A stretch of DNA of 63,426 nucleotides from the NCBI GenBank assembly GCA_031409775.1, contig JANNXY010000034.1:1-63426 (forward strand), given 5' to 3'. A program made the position numbers and the translations under genes. The DNA comes from a bacterium. GTDB lineage: Bacteria; Patescibacteriota; Minisyncoccia; Phycocordibacterales; CAIZIN01. Shown here piece by piece: positions 1-8,393 of the stretch (position 1 is the first letter of the stretch; every line of letters starts with the position of its first letter). Below the pieces are notes generated by a model that saw only the letters and a list, made by a program, of their open reading frames with translations, was not told the DNA's origin and searched no databases.

Positions 1-226
1 AGACTATGTGATAGTGGGTATTGTATGCGCAGTGATTGCTTTTCTTGACCATGCATCTAGTATATCTGAAAACCAAGGGTTTTCAGACTTTCCTTAGCAG
101 AAACCCCGCCCTAGAAGGGACGGGGAATGGGGGAGATTCAAGGCAATATCTATTACTTTCATCACATATTATGTGAAAAATATACACAAGTCAATAGGGG
201 TGTGGTTTAATCTTTGTGGATAACTA

Positions 227-715
227 ATGCAAATAAACCCAACAAATACTGATTTAGCAACTCTGATAGTATCCTTGACAAAAGAATGTGAGACAGCGTT
301 CACCAAAGAAGCAGCAAGACTTGGCTTATTGAAAGCGGATGAACACATCGGAGTAAAAATAAATAAAGTGACATCCAAAAGATATCAAAGGGAGCTAGTC
401 TTTCCAGTAGCTCTAACCGAGGAGGATAGGAAACTAATCTTTTCATTTTATCGTTACTCAAAAGAAGAGAAAAGGTTTCTACGGGCTGTACTGTGGGAGA
501 GCTCTACTTATGACGTTTCAAATCGGCACTTTCAAAGCCGGGTTAATTTCTTAAATGACCTTCTGCGAAAAAAGGAATTTCCACTTAGACTTTATTGGTC
601 TAATAACAACGCTCATGTTTCCGGAAGGCTTTTTAAAGGAAGGTGGGAGATGGGAACAATAGTAAAAAGCAAAAACAGTTTAGCTCATGTAGCCATAATA
701 CATTTCGCACCGTAA
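227..715 (+). CDS. hypothetical protein (162 aa)
   Basis: Long ORF with no motif I recognise. A perfect DnaA box TGTGGATAA (215-223) lies just upstream of the ATG. Confidence 0.4.
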   Translation: MQINPTNTDLATLIVSLTKECETAFTKEAARLGLLKADEHIGVKINKVTSKRYQRELVFPVALTEEDRKLIFSFYRYSKEEKRFLRAVLWESSTYDVSNRHFQSRVNFLNDLLRKKEFPLRLYWSNNNAHVSGRLFKGRWEMGTIVKSKNSLAHVAIIHFAP

Positions 716-746
716 CCAAACACATAAACACAAACCTCGAAATAAA

Positions 747-1208
747 ATGAAAAAGCAAAAAAATCCCTTCAATAAAGCACTCCACCTCAATCCATATTCA
801 CTATCTACCATAGAAACACGTGACATATCTCCCAGAAAAAATAGGTGTGCAGACATACCTCCATTGAACAAATTAATCCGGGATCGGATGGAGGGATTGA
901 ATATTCCTCACCAGGTGATCCGTAAAGCTTTACATGTCTCGCGTTCATATGCTTATCGAATTAAACAAGGAATCTTCCCTACTTTCTATAAGCAAAAACT
1001 AGCTCTTTCAGAAATCATCGGTATTCCTCTAAAAACCTTAGTTCTCATGGAGCATGGTTTTGAAGTTGATATTCCTAAAAATAATTTGCCCGAGCTAAAG
1101 GAAAAACTTAAGGGGGATCTAAAAACACTTGCAGAGAGGCACAGTCTTCCCGGAGGCGTCATTGCAAGTCTTTTGAAGAAACAAGTTGATTCCAGGCGTG
1201 GATACTAA
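747..1208 (+). CDS. hypothetical protein with probable helix-turn-helix segment
   Basis: 153-aa ORF. The segment IPHQVIRKALHVSRSYAYRIKQG resembles an HTH recognition region. Followed by terminator 1309-1337. Confidence 0.4.
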   Translation: MKKQKNPFNKALHLNPYSLSTIETRDISPRKNRCADIPPLNKLIRDRMEGLNIPHQVIRKALHVSRSYAYRIKQGIFPTFYKQKLALSEIIGIPLKTLVLMEHGFEVDIPKNNLPELKEKLKGDLKTLAERHSLPGGVIASLLKKQVDSRRGY

Positions 1209-1308
1209 AGAAGTTGAAGAAAACTTAGGTCTCACAAAAAGTCAGTTTGCCATAGCACTCGTGGTGCAGTGGACAACGATTGATCTTGATTTCACGTTAG
1301 AAACACAG

Positions 1309-1337
1309 CCGCACCAAAAATAAAAGTGCGGTTTTTT
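1309..1337 (+). terminator. rho-independent terminator
   Basis: CCGCAC / GTGCGG stem followed by a T6 run. Confidence 0.6.
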
Positions 1338-1360
1338 ATATTTTTGGGGTATTTAAATAA

Positions 1361-1690
1361 TTATTCTACTTCAAAAATCTGTCTTATTTCCTTCGAAACC
1401 ATCTTTAACCTTGCTTTCTCTAAATTACCTATTTTCCCTATTAAAATTTTCTGATCCAGGGTTGCGATCTTGCTATATAGAATTATTGAATCCTCCTTCA
1501 GACCATCTAACTGATCCTTATCCACACCAATGCCCTCTTTTGATTTATTTTTACTTGTAATGAAAACAACCACAACGTCATCTAGATTTTTATGCATAAC
1601 CAAAACCGGTCGGACTTTGGCAGAACTGAGATCTGTAAATGGGAAAGGTGCCAGCGCGATATCTCCTTGTTTTATAGAAACTTTAGGCAT
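1361..1690 (-). CDS. type II toxin, MazF/PemK family
   Basis: N-terminal GDIALAPFPFTD...KVRPVLV pattern typical of the PemK/MazF fold. 109 aa. 8-nt overlap with the upstream antitoxin ORF. Confidence 0.8.
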   Translation of the reverse strand: MPKVSIKQGDIALAPFPFTDLSSAKVRPVLVMHKNLDDVVVVFITSKNKSKEGIGVDKDQLDGLKEDSIILYSKIATLDQKILIGKIGNLEKARLKMVSKEIRQIFEVE

Positions 1691-1934
1691 ATTTCGCTTT
1701 TATATCAGCCCTACTATAGGTATCCGGCTCGTCAGCGAGAAAATCGAAAGCTTGTCCATATGCATTGAGGTTGGTCACATCACTAAATGCTATAGAGTAT
1801 TCCCTGGGGAATTTAATGAGCACGGCCTCGATATTCTTTTGTCTTTTGATAGCAATGCTCTCCCCTGTCTCCCTGACTTCGTCGAGGAGGTCGCTAATGT
1901 ATTTGCGAGTATTACTTGAGGATATAGTTTTCAT
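1683..1934 (-). CDS. type II antitoxin, Phd/YefM-like
   Basis: Small ORF overlapping the MazF-like gene. The MKTISSSNTRKYISDLLDEV...ESIAI N-terminus is Phd/YefM-like. TTGCAC-N17-TGCTAAAAT promoter ends 6 nt before the ATG at 1934. Confidence 0.7.
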   Translation of the reverse strand: MKTISSSNTRKYISDLLDEVRETGESIAIKRQKNIEAVLIKFPREYSIAFSDVTNLNAYGQAFDFLADEPDTYSRADIKAKYA

Positions 1935-2005
1935 CACCAAATTTTAGCAGTTTTGTACAAATTGTGCAAATTATATAAAAACGCGTTTAAGAGACGCGAA
2001 AACTC

Positions 2006-2605
2006 CTATTCAGTGTCAACATACTCAGGAATCTTCATTTCAGAAACCTGTTTCAGCAAACTGCTCAGGTTTTTAAATTGCAGGGTCAATTCTGCGGGAT
2101 TTCTCCTCATAAACTTCTTAATATCTTCGATCAAACAGTTACAGAAAAAGAAGTAAGCCCTTCCGAATTGATCACCCGCGAAAAAGCGAGGATAATCCAC
2201 GATGCATCTGTTACGTGGATGATTAGTGAGGTGTATGCAGAGCGTTTCACCACTTGAAAGTGTGATAGTCTCCACGTTGTTCTGCTTTTGCTTGAGAACA
2301 TATTTCTTCGCCCCAATGGTTCGATAAGCCACCATACACAGAGCGGTAATAAAAATTTCTTTGTTGCTGAGCAATGTCGCTGAAGCCTCTGTGTATTCAA
2401 GGCCAATTTTATTTACAGTACCAAACACCTCCACGGAAGTTACCTGCTGACTTTCTACTTCCATTAGATGCTTTTTTGCTGAAGCAAGGTCCATTGACGC
2501 TGACCTTATGAGTATTAGAGTATCTTCCATATTATCCTTTCGCGAATAGTTGTTGATGTTAAGGGGAAGCACATTGCTTCCTGACAATTTAATATAAGCT
2601 AACAC
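2006..2605 (-). CDS. hypothetical protein (199 aa, GTG start in ORF track)
   Basis: ORF only, no recognisable motif. Lies between two TA pairs. Confidence 0.4.
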   Translation of the reverse strand: MLAYIKLSGSNVLPLNINNYSRKDNMEDTLILIRSASMDLASAKKHLMEVESQQVTSVEVFGTVNKIGLEYTEASATLLSNKEIFITALCMVAYRTIGAKKYVLKQKQNNVETITLSSGETLCIHLTNHPRNRCIVDYPRFFAGDQFGRAYFFFCNCLIEDIKKFMRRNPAELTLQFKNLSSLLKQVSEMKIPEYVDTE

Positions 2606-2636
2606 TATTATGACAATCTGTCAAATATCGCCTCCT

Positions 2637-2897
2637 CTATTTATACAAATTATTATGATTATCTATATCGAGAAAATGAACCAAGTCATCTGTGATAGAC
2701 TCAAAAACAGCCCTATAATCCCCTGTTACATTAAAGCTTTTACAACCTTCATATTTACCTTTGAGCTTATGGATATTGAGTATAGGGTCGTTCGATTCGA
2801 AAAGAAAAATCTTTAATCTATCTCTAAATGCTTGGCTAATTTTCTGATTGCCTCTCACGAGCTTTTTCTGAAATAATTTCGAGAATTTGACTTTCAT
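2637..2897 (-). CDS. type II toxin, RelE/YafQ family
   Basis: 86 aa. KLKGKYEGCKSFNVTGDYRAVFE pattern typical of RelE/YafQ mRNA interferases. Follows a DinJ-like ORF. Confidence 0.75.
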   Translation of the reverse strand: MKVKFSKLFQKKLVRGNQKISQAFRDRLKIFLFESNDPILNIHKLKGKYEGCKSFNVTGDYRAVFESITDDLVHFLDIDNHNNLYK

Positions 2898-2906
2898 AGT
2901 AAAAGC

Positions 2907-3176
2907 TTACTTCATTAACCATTCCATAGCTTTATCCGCATCAGTAAAGATAGGTGAACACTCTCCATCTTCAAACTCTTTGCGAGAAATAGCTATTGCT
3001 TTCTCAAGTTTAGCTGACATCTGCCTCGGAGCTTCTAGGACCAGTTCCCTATCGTTTATGAATTTCTTTAATAAACTGTTTACTACAATACTCATAGGCA
3101 CTCCCATTTCCTTGGCTACCTGGGTTGCATCACGTTTAATCTTTGCATCGGTTTTGACATTTAAAACTGTTTTCAT
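2907..3176 (-). CDS. type II antitoxin, RelB/DinJ family
   Basis: MKTVLNVKTDAKIKRDATQVAKEMGVPMS is a DinJ-like ribbon-helix-helix N-terminus. TTGACA-N16-TATACT promoter ends 5 nt before the ATG at 3176. Confidence 0.75.
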   Translation of the reverse strand: MKTVLNVKTDAKIKRDATQVAKEMGVPMSIVVNSLLKKFINDRELVLEAPRQMSAKLEKAIAISRKEFEDGECSPIFTDADKAMEWLMK

Positions 3177-3211
3177 AACCAAAGTATATACAGTGGTTAA
3201 ATGTTGTCAAT

Positions 3212-3601
3212 CTACAAAATCACATTCTCCATCCACTCTATTTTCTTGAGTTCGCTCTCCCCTGCTTGGTTTGTAGTGAGATACACGCAAGCCAGATCGA
3301 TCTGCCAGTCGGTGTCGTGGTATTGTCGGGTATTTTCCCCCAGGAATGTCTGGATAGTACGCTGGAGCTTGCGGATCTTGTCATAAGTCATATTCTCCTC
3401 AGCTCGAAATCTAGGATTCTCGACATATGTCACTGTTTTGACTTCTATGAAGTGAAGGTTGGTATTCCTATAAGCCACGATGTCGATCTCGCCCCATTTC
3501 TTGAGATAGTTTCTGGTGATAATTTCGTATCCCCTAGCCGTCAAGTCCTTGACCACGAAGTCCTCCCCAATATTCCCGAATTGTCTCTTTGATGAATACA
3601 T
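3212..3601 (-). CDS. yraN: YraN family (UPF0102) endonuclease-like protein
   Basis: GEDFVVKDLTARGYEIITRNY...GEIDIVA...HFIEVKT matches the YraN signature. Confidence 0.8.
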   Translation of the reverse strand: MYSSKRQFGNIGEDFVVKDLTARGYEIITRNYLKKWGEIDIVAYRNTNLHFIEVKTVTYVENPRFRAEENMTYDKIRKLQRTIQTFLGENTRQYHDTDWQIDLACVYLTTNQAGESELKKIEWMENVIL

Positions 3602-3837
3602 GATTGTTATATTATAAGGTTTATTTCAAATTTGGATATGTTTCACGTGAAAAGTAGTGGACATAACCTTGTAAAACCCAGGCTTATATTGTGTTAGCTG
3701 ACTTTTCCAAATAAGCCTTTAAATATAGGTTTCTAGACATATTAAGCAATTTATAGGGACAAATGGACAGGTTGACACTGTCTTTTAATACACACTATCC
3801 CCAGAGTTATCCACAACTTTGACAGCCTGTCTATCTG

Positions 3838-3908
3838 TGCGGCTAGGGAGAATCGAACTCCCGTCTAATCCTTGGCAAGGACTCGTTCTACCACTAAACT
3901 ATAGCCGC
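3838..3908 (-). tRNA. tRNA-Gly (anticodon GCC), no encoded CCA
   Basis: Hand-folded cloverleaf. Acceptor GCGGCTA/TAGCCGC, anticodon stem AGTCC/GGATT with loop TTGCCAA, T arm GGGAG-TTCGATT-CTCCC. Confidence 0.9.
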
Positions 3909-3947
3909 AATGCAAAAATTTTATCATATATGCTAATATGACGCTAG

Positions 3948-4019
3948 GCTCCTGTGGTGAAATGGATATCACAACGGTCTTCGGAACCGTTATTGAGGGT
4001 TCGAATCCTTCCGGGAGCA
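3948..4019 (+). tRNA. tRNA-Arg (anticodon TCG), no encoded CCA
   Basis: Hand-folded cloverleaf. Acceptor GCTCCTG/CGGGAGC, D stem GTGA/TCAC, anticodon stem ACGGT/ACCGT with loop CTTCGGA, T loop TTCGAAT. TGCTAATAT -10 box ends 8 nt before the 5' end. Confidence 0.9.
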
Positions 4020-4062
4020 CAAAAGTTCAGCAGAATTCTATGAGTGACCACAAAAAACTATT

Positions 4063-5520
4063 ATGAATAATAAAATCCCCCCAGAAGTCAGAGCTGTGGC
4101 AGAGACGCTAGAGAAAGCTGGCTATGAAGCATACCTAGTGGGTGGCTGCGTACGCGACCTAATCATAGGTAGGGAACCCAAGGATTGGGACCTAACTACA
4201 AATGCGAGCCCAGAGCAGATCCAGGCTCTTTTTCCACATACTTACTACGAGAATATGTACGGTACCGTAGGCGTTGTAAATGATGAAGCTACAGATGAAA
4301 GGTTGAAGAATATAGAAGTCACTCCATATAGGCTAGAATCGGGCTATAGTGACCATAGGAGGCCGGATAAGGTAGAGTTCGGCCAAAGTCTCGAAGATGA
4401 CCTAAAGAGACGTGATTTCACCATTAATGCCCTCGCTATGGACTCTAAAGGACAGATTATAGACTTATATAACGGACAAGCTGATGTAAATACCAAAGTC
4501 ATACGGACAGTGGGGCAAGCAGGGGAGAGATTTTCTGAGGATGCTCTACGTATGCTCCGGGCGGTGAGGTTCGCCTCGGAATTGGGGTTTAGCACATCAT
4601 CAGAGACCATGCAGGGGATAATGTTACATGTGAAACTACTCGGAGATATCTCATCAGAGAGGATTAGGGATGAATTCGAAAGGATAATAATGTCCAGAGA
4701 GCCCATGGTGGGGATGGTGATGTGTGAGAAGTTGGGGATATTGCCTTATATTAGCCCTGTCTTGATCAAGACTATCGGGGTTGAGCAGAACAAACAGGCC
4801 CACAAATACGGCGTCTGGGAGCATCTGCTACGATCCCTCCAACACGCTGCCGACAGGGGCTGGGGACTGGATATCCGTCTTGCTGCATTGTTCCATGACA
4901 TATCCAAGCCTGAAACCAAGCACCAGGTGGGGAATCAGACGACATTCTATGGCCACGAAGTAGTAGGGGCCCGTGTTACACGGGAAACATTGACTAACCT
5001 AAGGTTTCCCGTGAAACTGATAGAAAAGGTAACCAAACTAGTTCGCTGGCACATGTTCTTCTCTGATACCGAGCAAGTCACACTCTCTGCAGTACGCAGG
5101 ATGATAGCCAATGTGGGACGTGAAAACATATGGGATCTCATGAATGTAAGGTCCTGCGACAGGATAGGCACTGGCAGACCCAAAGAAAGCCCTTATAGAC
5201 TGAGAAAATATCATGCCATGATAGAGGAAGCCATGCATGACCCGATCTCGGTAGGTATGCTAAAGATTGATGGCAAGGGGATTATGGATGTTACACATGA
5301 AACTCCAGGGCCAAAGATAGGCTTCGCTCTCCATGCATTGCTAGAAGAGGTGATAGAGGACCCAAATAAAAATACAAAGGAATACCTAGAATCCAGGGCA
5401 GGAGAGCTAATGAAACTTGATGTAGGAGAATTACAGAAACTAGGGGAGAAGGGTAAAAGTGTAAAGGACAGAGAAGAAGAGAAGTTGCTCGAAAAGATAA
5501 AGAAGAGCCACGGGGTTTAA
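4063..5520 (+). CDS. cca: CCA-adding tRNA nucleotidyltransferase with HD domain
   Basis: GGCVRDLIIG...DWDLTT polymerase-beta motif, RRDFTINA motif, and HD-domain FHDISKPE. Confidence 0.9.
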   Translation: MNNKIPPEVRAVAETLEKAGYEAYLVGGCVRDLIIGREPKDWDLTTNASPEQIQALFPHTYYENMYGTVGVVNDEATDERLKNIEVTPYRLESGYSDHRRPDKVEFGQSLEDDLKRRDFTINALAMDSKGQIIDLYNGQADVNTKVIRTVGQAGERFSEDALRMLRAVRFASELGFSTSSETMQGIMLHVKLLGDISSERIRDEFERIIMSREPMVGMVMCEKLGILPYISPVLIKTIGVEQNKQAHKYGVWEHLLRSLQHAADRGWGLDIRLAALFHDISKPETKHQVGNQTTFYGHEVVGARVTRETLTNLRFPVKLIEKVTKLVRWHMFFSDTEQVTLSAVRRMIANVGRENIWDLMNVRSCDRIGTGRPKESPYRLRKYHAMIEEAMHDPISVGMLKIDGKGIMDVTHETPGPKIGFALHALLEEVIEDPNKNTKEYLESRAGELMKLDVGELQKLGEKGKSVKDREEEKLLEKIKKSHGV

Positions 5521-5860
5521 CTACAAAACCGCCTTTGCGACAAGCCTATAAAGAACAAAATTTTTATATGCCGCGTTGGCGGTTGAATGAGGTGAGTACG
5601 GTGTGCTTCTCTAGGCTTACTTCAGAAATTTATATAAGTCATGAAGTTCAAATTATTTATGTGTTTGGGAACTAATGCTTACACATTGAATCCGAATGAG
5701 ACCTATGAGACACCGATTCACTCGCGCTTTTTTCCGTCTACTCGACGGACAGACTATTTGAATGTACAACTGGCTCTGGATTGATTATCGCAAATCTATC
5801 GGACATGTAAAGGTCATTTACAAAATGACTGTGGATAACCCGCCTATCGGCGAGGTAAAC

Positions 5861-6541
5861 TTATAATTTCTTGTATAAAACCTGGAAAATATTCCTCTGG
5901 AAATCAGCGATCTTTTTATTCTCGATAATCACCGCAGTCTCTGAGTTGTAGTCGATGAATGCCACTTTATCCCCATAAATTAGCTCTGTAACATTGTGCT
6001 CAAATGCACCGAAATCCGATGGCATTACCTTGAGGAATCTCTCAACTTTTGGGACTTTTTGTTTAGCTGTCTGTTCGTTGGTTATAACTTGGCGTTCAAG
6101 CTTCTTGGCATCTCGCAGATTCCTATATGCCCGGGGCAGATACTTGTCCTTCTTTTCCACACCGTCTGTGTTGGAACTGAATCGATAGAATGTTGATCCA
6201 CGGGGGAGACTGCGGACGATGTCGTCGAAGACCCTTTTGGTACCATCGCGACCTTCGAGGAATCTTACCTTTAGCTTCTTGGTACTTGTGACATAAGCAT
6301 CCTCGAGATCGGGGAGAATGTTAAACAATTCGTATTTCAGATCTTCGAATATCGCCTCGAGTCTGTTCGGTGGCTCGGCAGTAAATACTGCATGTTTTTT
6401 TACTTTGTTCTCTGTTACGAGCTTCTTCTCTACAAGCTGGGGCAGGATCTTAATGTAACAGTTATAACTGAATCTGCTGTGAAATGGAGCTTGGAGAGGA
6501 AGGAAAATTTGCTCGTAGCAAAGCTTATGGAAGAATTGCAC
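5861..6541 (-). CDS. TrmB-like regulator paralog, N-terminal HTH apparently shortened
   Basis: C-terminal two thirds are collinear with the ORFs at 14512-15306 and 20384-21112. Only the wing/helix-3 part (ILPQLVEKKLVTENKVKKHAVFTAEPP) of the wHTH is present. Confidence 0.5.
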   Translation of the reverse strand: MQFFHKLCYEQIFLPLQAPFHSRFSYNCYIKILPQLVEKKLVTENKVKKHAVFTAEPPNRLEAIFEDLKYELFNILPDLEDAYVTSTKKLKVRFLEGRDGTKRVFDDIVRSLPRGSTFYRFSSNTDGVEKKDKYLPRAYRNLRDAKKLERQVITNEQTAKQKVPKVERFLKVMPSDFGAFEHNVTELIYGDKVAFIDYNSETAVIIENKKIADFQRNIFQVLYKKL

Positions 6542-6850
6542 GAATTATTCGACGAGTTTCTGAAGGGTGATCCCAATAAGGCCGCAAGCGAGGCTGGGGA
6601 TGTCCTCGATGTGATCAATGCGATTGAGTATCATGTACAAGAAACAAGGCCTGGTGGAAGAAGTATTTATAGTCCGCAGACAGGTGATTTGATCACTAGA
6701 GCCAGACATTTCATAGATTATGTCAATAGATACTTGAATAATCTGCATTTCAACGAATGGGTCAAGTCATCCAGAAGGGAAAAGAAAAGATCGAAAGACC
6801 TCTTCAAAAAACTGCTCATTGTGAGAAGTGAGCATAGCAATCCTTCCTAA
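6527..6850 (+). CDS. possible MazG-like NTP pyrophosphohydrolase domain protein
   Basis: MEELHELFDEF...EAGDVLDVINAI weakly resembles the MazG EExxE/D helix. Start chosen at the ATG at 6527 to minimise overlap. Followed by a hairpin plus T-run. Confidence 0.3.
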   Translation: MEELHELFDEFLKGDPNKAASEAGDVLDVINAIEYHVQETRPGGRSIYSPQTGDLITRARHFIDYVNRYLNNLHFNEWVKSSRREKKRSKDLFKKLLIVRSEHSNPS

Positions 6851-6882
6851 CCCGACCTCGCATTTTGATCGATGCGGGGATT

Positions 6883-7398
6883 TTATTTGAGCTTCCTATA
6901 AATCACACAATTTTCGCTATGCGCACCTGGGAGCACACCGATACTCATGAGGAACTCATTAACGATCTCGCCACCGGTGAATTTGAAAGTTTGTTTGAAA
7001 AGCTTGGTCCATTCTAGGCGCGACTTGCCGCGATGGGATTCGAGCCACCGCTCAAATGATCCGAATTCCCTTTGTAATCCCAATATCACATTGGCATTGT
7101 GAATCGTCGCTTCTACCTTGAGCCTGTTTCTGATAATCCCCGCATCAGCGAGCAACCTCTGCTTTTCTTCTGCACCATACTTGGCAATCTTTTTTATATT
7201 AAATTTGTCATAGGATTTGCGGAAATTCTTTTCCTTTTTCAGTATCGTATCCCAAGAAAGTCCCGCCTGGTTGATCTCGAGTATTAGCCTGCCAAATAAT
7301 TCATAGTCATCGTGAATAGGGAAGCTATACGCAGTGTCATGGTAAATACGGTGGAGGTTATCCACAGGCAGGTTTTTTACGTAGGTGCAGTAGGACAT
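6883..7398 (-). CDS. tag: DNA-3-methyladenine glycosylase I
   Basis: LILEINQAGLSWDTILKKEKNFRKSYDKF and the C-terminal GGEIVNEFL pattern are typical of Tag. Confidence 0.85.
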   Translation of the reverse strand: MSYCTYVKNLPVDNLHRIYHDTAYSFPIHDDYELFGRLILEINQAGLSWDTILKKEKNFRKSYDKFNIKKIAKYGAEEKQRLLADAGIIRNRLKVEATIHNANVILGLQREFGSFERWLESHRGKSRLEWTKLFKQTFKFTGGEIVNEFLMSIGVLPGAHSENCVIYRKLK

Positions 7399-7402
7399 CG
7401 GA

Positions 7403-8272
7403 TTATACCCCGATCATCCAAATTCCATTCTCTAGAAATGCTTCGATGCTTTGGCGATTGGCTTTATTGATTAGATTGGGATGGGAAATTTTGTTTTCTT
7501 TGGCATATTCTACGAGCTTGATAATCCTTTTACCCTCCATATATGCAAGCCTTTTGTGATAGCTGTTGGTCAATGCTTTCCCCACAATTTCTTCCATAAT
7601 TTCTGTCTTGCCTTCGGTTTGGAATTCTCTAAATGCACTGTAGTATTTCTGCCTATCTATAAATTTGATATTGATCGGCACGAAACCCTCCCTGATCAAT
7701 AAATAATTATTCAAAACTCTGCCGATACGACCATTGCCGTCGATAAATGGGTGAGTGTATTCAAAGGTGAGATGAAACTTGGCGATTTTTTTAATAATTT
7801 CGTTACTACTGCCGTAATACTCTGTAAACATCTTTTCTAGCCTCGGATGAATTTCTTGTGGTCCTGGAGCGATATGGTTACCTACTCTTACGTATTCTTT
7901 ATCTTTCCTGAACCTTCCTGCTATCTCATCTCGAATATTGGATATGAGTATTTTGTGAAGCAAAAGGATTGTGTCGAAATCTAACTCTCTTTCCTTTGCT
8001 ATTTTATTTATATATTCGACCACTCTAGCGAGATTCTTGGCCTCAAAAATTTCTCTTTCGGAAATATATCGATCAAGCTCTATTTGCAGCAAAATCCTGT
8101 CAGTTTCTTCGAGGCTTAGAGTACTATTCTCTATAGCGTTTGAGTTATAGACATGCTCAGGTATTTCTGCTTCGGAGAGAACCTTGATCAAAGACTCTTT
8201 GCCCGGAAGAGCATTCTGATACCTTTGTTTAAGTAAATCTATTTTTTTATAAACATTCAACCTTTTAGCCAT
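7403..8272 (-). CDS. Fic/DOC family protein
   Basis: Canonical Fic motif HPFIDGNGRIGR. Confidence 0.9.
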   Translation of the reverse strand: MAKRLNVYKKIDLLKQRYQNALPGKESLIKVLSEAEIPEHVYNSNAIENSTLSLEETDRILLQIELDRYISEREIFEAKNLARVVEYINKIAKERELDFDTILLLHKILISNIRDEIAGRFRKDKEYVRVGNHIAPGPQEIHPRLEKMFTEYYGSSNEIIKKIAKFHLTFEYTHPFIDGNGRIGRVLNNYLLIREGFVPINIKFIDRQKYYSAFREFQTEGKTEIMEEIVGKALTNSYHKRLAYMEGKRIIKLVEYAKENKISHPNLINKANRQSIEAFLENGIWMIGV

Positions 8273-8281
8273 ATGACTACT

Positions 8282-8309
8282 ATTATAGTCTTTTTCACAC
8301 TTTTGTCAA
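8282..8309 (-). promoter_or_regulatory. sigma-70-type promoter of the Fic gene
   Basis: Minus strand reads TTGACA-N16-TATAAT. The -10 box ends 9 nt before the ATG. Confidence 0.6.
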
Positions 8310-8393
8310 TTAAACCGTGAAAATCGACGAAAAAATGTGCTTTTTCATGGTTTTGAGCTGATCTAGACGAGATCATGTCGGCGCAACCGTCCA

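Noticed and set aside
1177-1323. Short open frame after ORF 747-1208 (...GVDTKEVEENLGLTKSQFAIALVVQW...), a possible frameshifted continuation
   Set aside because: Only TTG/GTG starts, about 45 codons and no motif. I cannot distinguish a frameshift from chance.
1-3908. Integrated element using tRNA-Gly as attachment site
   Set aside because: No integrase in the visible part and no direct repeat of the tRNA 3' end found in 1-3800. The left boundary is outside the window, so this cannot be claimed.
5641-5784. 47-codon ORF (MKFKLFMCLGTNAYTL...) in the 340-bp cca/TrmB-like spacer
   Set aside because: The N-terminus vaguely recalls some CRISPR-associated protein starts. It is too short, has no supporting neighbours and no array anywhere in the window. 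No claim made.
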